From Klebsormidium nitens (lineage: Eukaryota > Plantae > Klebsormidiophyceae): a DNA stretch of 64,000 nucleotides. A program made the position numbers and the translations under genes. The stretch lies in assembly GCA_000708835.1 (NCBI GenBank), contig DF236975.1, positions 1 to 64,000 on the forward strand. The letters run 5' to 3'. Positions within the stretch are counted from its first letter, which is position 1. The number at the start of each line of letters is the position of its first letter. Below the pieces are notes generated by a model, which saw only the letters and a program-made list of their open reading frames with translations, had not been told where the DNA came from and did no database searches. This document shows positions 60,356-64,000 of this stretch, piece by piece.

Positions 60356-60864
60356 TTAGTAGCGCTTGAGCTGAAAAAAGTCTTGAGAAGTTGCTGCCTC
60401 AGTCTGAGATAAGGAAAGACGCGGTGGAAAGATCCACCTTTATAGTGTTGAGCTAAGAAGTTCATTTTAGGGATGCAACTATGCAAGGAAGCAACGCAGA
60501 CTCAGAAGCAAGTACCGTAGGTATAGGTAACGCTCAAACCAAGCAAGGTGACCGTTATCTGAGCTGAATCAACGCCCTAGATCTCATAGGTAAAGCCCTA
60601 CAAGGGTATCGACGGTAGAATTGGTGGAATATGCAATCCGACTAAGGCAGTCACGTGCTACAAAATTGCTGTGTGCTCATCGACCGTCCGTCTTACGGAT
60701 TATAACCGGCAGTACCGGCCGATAAAACTTCAATTCATCCAATCTTCACCGTCGATGACTGAGCGCGAAGCCCTAAAAAAGTGGTCAGGTCACACATATT
60801 AAAATCATATGTGCCCATTGAAGAGGTTTGCCTAAATTGACGGCCAAAGATGAGACAGTTTTGG

Positions 60865-61010
60865 GAGGCAATTCTATGGTGACTCGGAGGCAGTTTCAGG
60901 AGGCACTTTCGCGAGGCAGTCTCACCGACTTCTTGTGGGCCTCCGACAGGGTCAAGTTTGTGCCCTTAGGAACTGCCTCCTAAAACTGAACTGCCTCTTG
61001 AAACTGCCCG
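60865..61010. repeat. Imperfect inverted-repeat cluster of GAGGCAGT motifs
   Basis: GGCAGTTTCAGGAGGCA (~60888) pairs with TGCCTCTTGAAACTGCC (~60993), with extra GAGGCA/TGCCTC copies on each side. Confidence 0.55.
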
Positions 61011-62740
61011 GCCCTCCGGCCCATCAGATCATTGTGAGAGGACTGATCGGCGGGTATTCATCGGTCAGATCGGTATCGTGAATCCGATCTTCAGAAGTGG
61101 TCGACCGTAGCCTGCTAGGTCGTATACGGATCATAAATCTAGCACTCTTTGAGTTTGTTGTCATGGAATTCTGTCTGTCTTTCTTCTCTTGTACCTTGTA
61201 TCTTTCATGATTCGTTTCTTATATTGTACGGCATGAGATTATGGTGCATTCAGTGCGCACAAAAGATGCTCTTTCTCCCGATCCAAATGCCTTCACCACA
61301 TGGCCGGACGGTCATTGTAGCGCACAACTTGGTCAACGTTTGAGCCTTGATTGAAGTTCCGGCGGACGACCCGCTAACTCACCTGAAGCCAATCAGAGCA
61401 GCGAAGCCCTTTGACATCCATTGACCAAATGCAGTCAAGCCGACGGTTAAGGGCGGCTTGAGGCTTCTCTCTGGCTAGCTAGCCGGGCTATACAGTCAAG
61501 AAAGTTGAATTGCACTCCCTTGAAAAGCCGGGACACTGTCTAAGAATCTAACATATTACTAGTATTACCGTGTCGAGAAAGGTACGTTAACTGCATATTG
61601 TAGCCGGGTTGTAGCCGGCCTGGAAGGCAGGCTGGCCCGGGGCTGTCTTTATCACTCCCAAGCATGACCGGAGTATGCTGGCCGACCTCGTATGCATAAT
61701 CAGGCCCCATTGGCAAGAAAATGGCCAGTTTTGTCTTTTTGTTGCAATAGGTAGATAACCTGAACACACCCTGCCTCTTGTACCTGCCTCAGTACGTCCA
61801 AATTTGATGGTCAGTGCAGTATCAGTTGTCAGACCTCCAAAGATGATTCAGCCGTTATGAGAACAGGTTCTACTAACTTGTCAGATATCATTTCAATCTG
61901 AATATAGGTTAAAAGAAGGTTAAAAGGGAATGCAATAATACCGAAGCAGTATCTTCGAAGCAGTACACTCAGTGGATCAGTACTCTCTGCCCGCGGCCGG
62001 CCCGGCGTGGTTGAATTGGTACGTGCGCTAGCTGCGGCTGAGCGCGACAAGTACGGGCGGCGGCCGGCTGGGAATACCCGGGCGGCCGCGATGGGTTTAT
62101 GGAGGGGTTTAGATCTGGGGGAAGGTTCCGTTGCGCTGATCGTGCTGTGCTGACGCGGCACGGAACTGAACCGTTCATTCCGCGGGTGTGCGGAAGAGGA
62201 AGGTGGTCAGATGAGAACTGACAGTGAAGCGGAACAGCATCGGAGTGGGGGCGCAATGGCGGTCTGCTAGAGCAGGTCAGGGGGACAGGGGGCTTCAGAA
62301 GGGGCTTTGAAAGCTGCTTGTTCGCATACAACCAACCTTCCAGATCTGCATTCAAAGTTGTCAGGCTTGCGGCAACTTTGACAGCTTGAAATCAGCTGCA
62401 ATTATTGAGATCTTGGGTCTTCTTGGGTACATTTTTTAGGGCGCAAAGCGCCTGATTTGAGCATAGGCAGTGGGTTCCTGGTACAGTGGTAAATAAAATC
62501 TGTCTTTGGCCTGATTCAAGGTCATTTCCCTTGCAGTTCTTGCTAAGAGCCCTTCTAAAGAAACTTTGTTGGCGTACTCTCAAGATGTCTAGCTGACGAG
62601 CAGCCATCTTTGGGCCGCTTGTGGGGAATCATGCCCCCTGGAAGAAGACAAAAGTACTCTCCCAGCCCCCCACGCTGGCTTCATCAAGCCCCCCAGTAGA
62701 CCCGGCGACTTTTAACCCACTCGCCGAGATTGGTTTCAGC

Positions 62741-63353
62741 ATGGGTGAGCCAGATCCCGTCAAGTTGGAGCCGCACCTGGTTGCGCAGCCTGTGGCAGAC
62801 TCAGAGCCGCAGGAGCAGTTGCACCAGGCCACAGGGGATGATTCACACCAGGCCATTGCGGACGGTTCACACCAGGACATGGCGGACGATTCACACCATA
62901 CCATGGCGGACGAATCACTTCCGGCCATGGGGGACGATTCACACCAGGCCATGGGGGAAGGCTCACACCAGGCCATAGGGGCCAATTCACACCTGGCCGT
63001 AGAGCCGCAGGAGAAAGCGGAGCCAGAGACAGAGCTGCAAGAGAAAGAGCTTATGTTGCTGGAGCCCCAGGAGAAGCTGTATGCATCGCCGGACTCGCAG
63101 GGGCAAGAGAAGGCTTACTCAGACTCGCACGAGAAGGCGTACAACGAGCAGAACTGGCAGATTGTGGCTCTGGGGAGCGTGTGCCAGCTAGAGGGGTGCA
63201 AGTATGCGGGGGAGAACGGTGCCTCACGGCGAATGCACCGGCACTGCCTGCAACTCACGCCAACGGGGGCGAGGTGTACGTACAATACGGAGAGGACGTC
63301 GAACTTGCCGGGGCATGACCGGGTGCATTTGAAGGGGGAGTTGGAGAAAGAGG
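62741..63353 (+). CDS. Repeat-rich protein with degenerate tandem C2H2-like zinc fingers (exon; ends unresolved)
   Basis: ATG 62741, 8-aa repeats, then CQLEGC...HRHC.......RCTY.........HDRVH. A GTAAGT donor follows 63353. Confidence 0.65.
62820..62996 (+). repeat. 24-bp coding tandem repeat (HQA[M/I/T][G/A]DDS) x~7
   Basis: CACCAGGCCATGGGGGACGATTCA-like units in frame within the ORF. Confidence 0.9.
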
Positions 63354-64000
63354 GTAAGTTACTGTTAAGGTTCCTCGTGTTTCGAGAAACTTGGTAGCAG
63401 AGGTGACGCAGTGCGAGGTTTGATGCCTCGGGGGGTGAATGCTTCAGCACTAACGGGAAGGGAGCTTAATGAAGTGGGTGCTACCAACATTGGTACTTAC
63501 CACGTCTTTCTTTCCATCTAGGAGGCCATGCTTCTTGAAGATTCTGCGCAGATCACTGATCTATTGCGGAGAAGGAGTTGCAGGTTTAGATAGGTGTCCT
63601 GTCGAAGGAGAGTCACACTTTTAGCATACCCTCTGCAGTAGTTTTTACTTGTTGCCCCAGTAGGAATGTGCCCCCAACTCGTCATGCGTTGCGATTCATC
63701 AGCTCTTTACCCGGACAAATGCTTCATGAGCCAATTTTGTTGTGGCTGCAGAAAAGCATGGTTGGAACAAGTGTAGCTCTTTGAGACTCTATGACGTTTT
63801 AAGGTTTCAAAGGCTTTTCTCATCGTTTCTGGTTGCCTGTCCATCTCGTACAAGTCACTTCTCATGCTGATTTGCACCCGTTCTGACCCGTTTTGAGTCT
63901 GTTCGGCACATTCAATTCGTCCTTGGGTGAGCCTAAATGAACTAGGGCCTTACAAAGATGCTCTTTTCGTATTAAAGATCTGGTCGTTGTGAGCACCTCC

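Overview
Eukaryotic nuclear DNA with intron-rich GT-AG genes. Plastid-targeted KEA3 and ribosomal protein S1 with transit-peptide-like N-termini indicate a green-lineage organism; I infer a streptophyte alga such as Klebsormidium, which the sequence alone cannot prove. A housekeeping core (KEA3 on minus, plastid RPS1 on plus, RNA polymerase III subunit RPC2 on plus) is flanked by accessory genes. Left: a 12-exon, phase-consistent minus-strand gene encoding a Cys/His-rich leader, an intron-split 2A/StopGo-like motif (LLIATLLNIGGVEPNPG/P), a helical header, a P-loop NTPase and a Crinkler-type restriction-endonuclease-like domain. A tandem paralog of its 5' region runs off the left edge, and a Sel1-repeat gene follows. 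Right: a 2OG-Fe(II) oxygenase head-to-head with an intron-containing GH13_18 glycoside phosphorylase (sucrose or sucrose-6'-phosphate phosphorylase-like, a bacterial-type family), an F-box-LRR gene with an in-frame stop and a Tourist-like MITE upstream, and a repeat-rich zinc-finger gene. Best leads: the leader-2A-NTPase/REase polyprotein, the eukaryotic GH13_18 enzyme, the ~570-aa KEA3 C-terminal extension, and duplicated exon fragments inside RPC2. All gene models were derived by hand and need RNA-seq confirmation.
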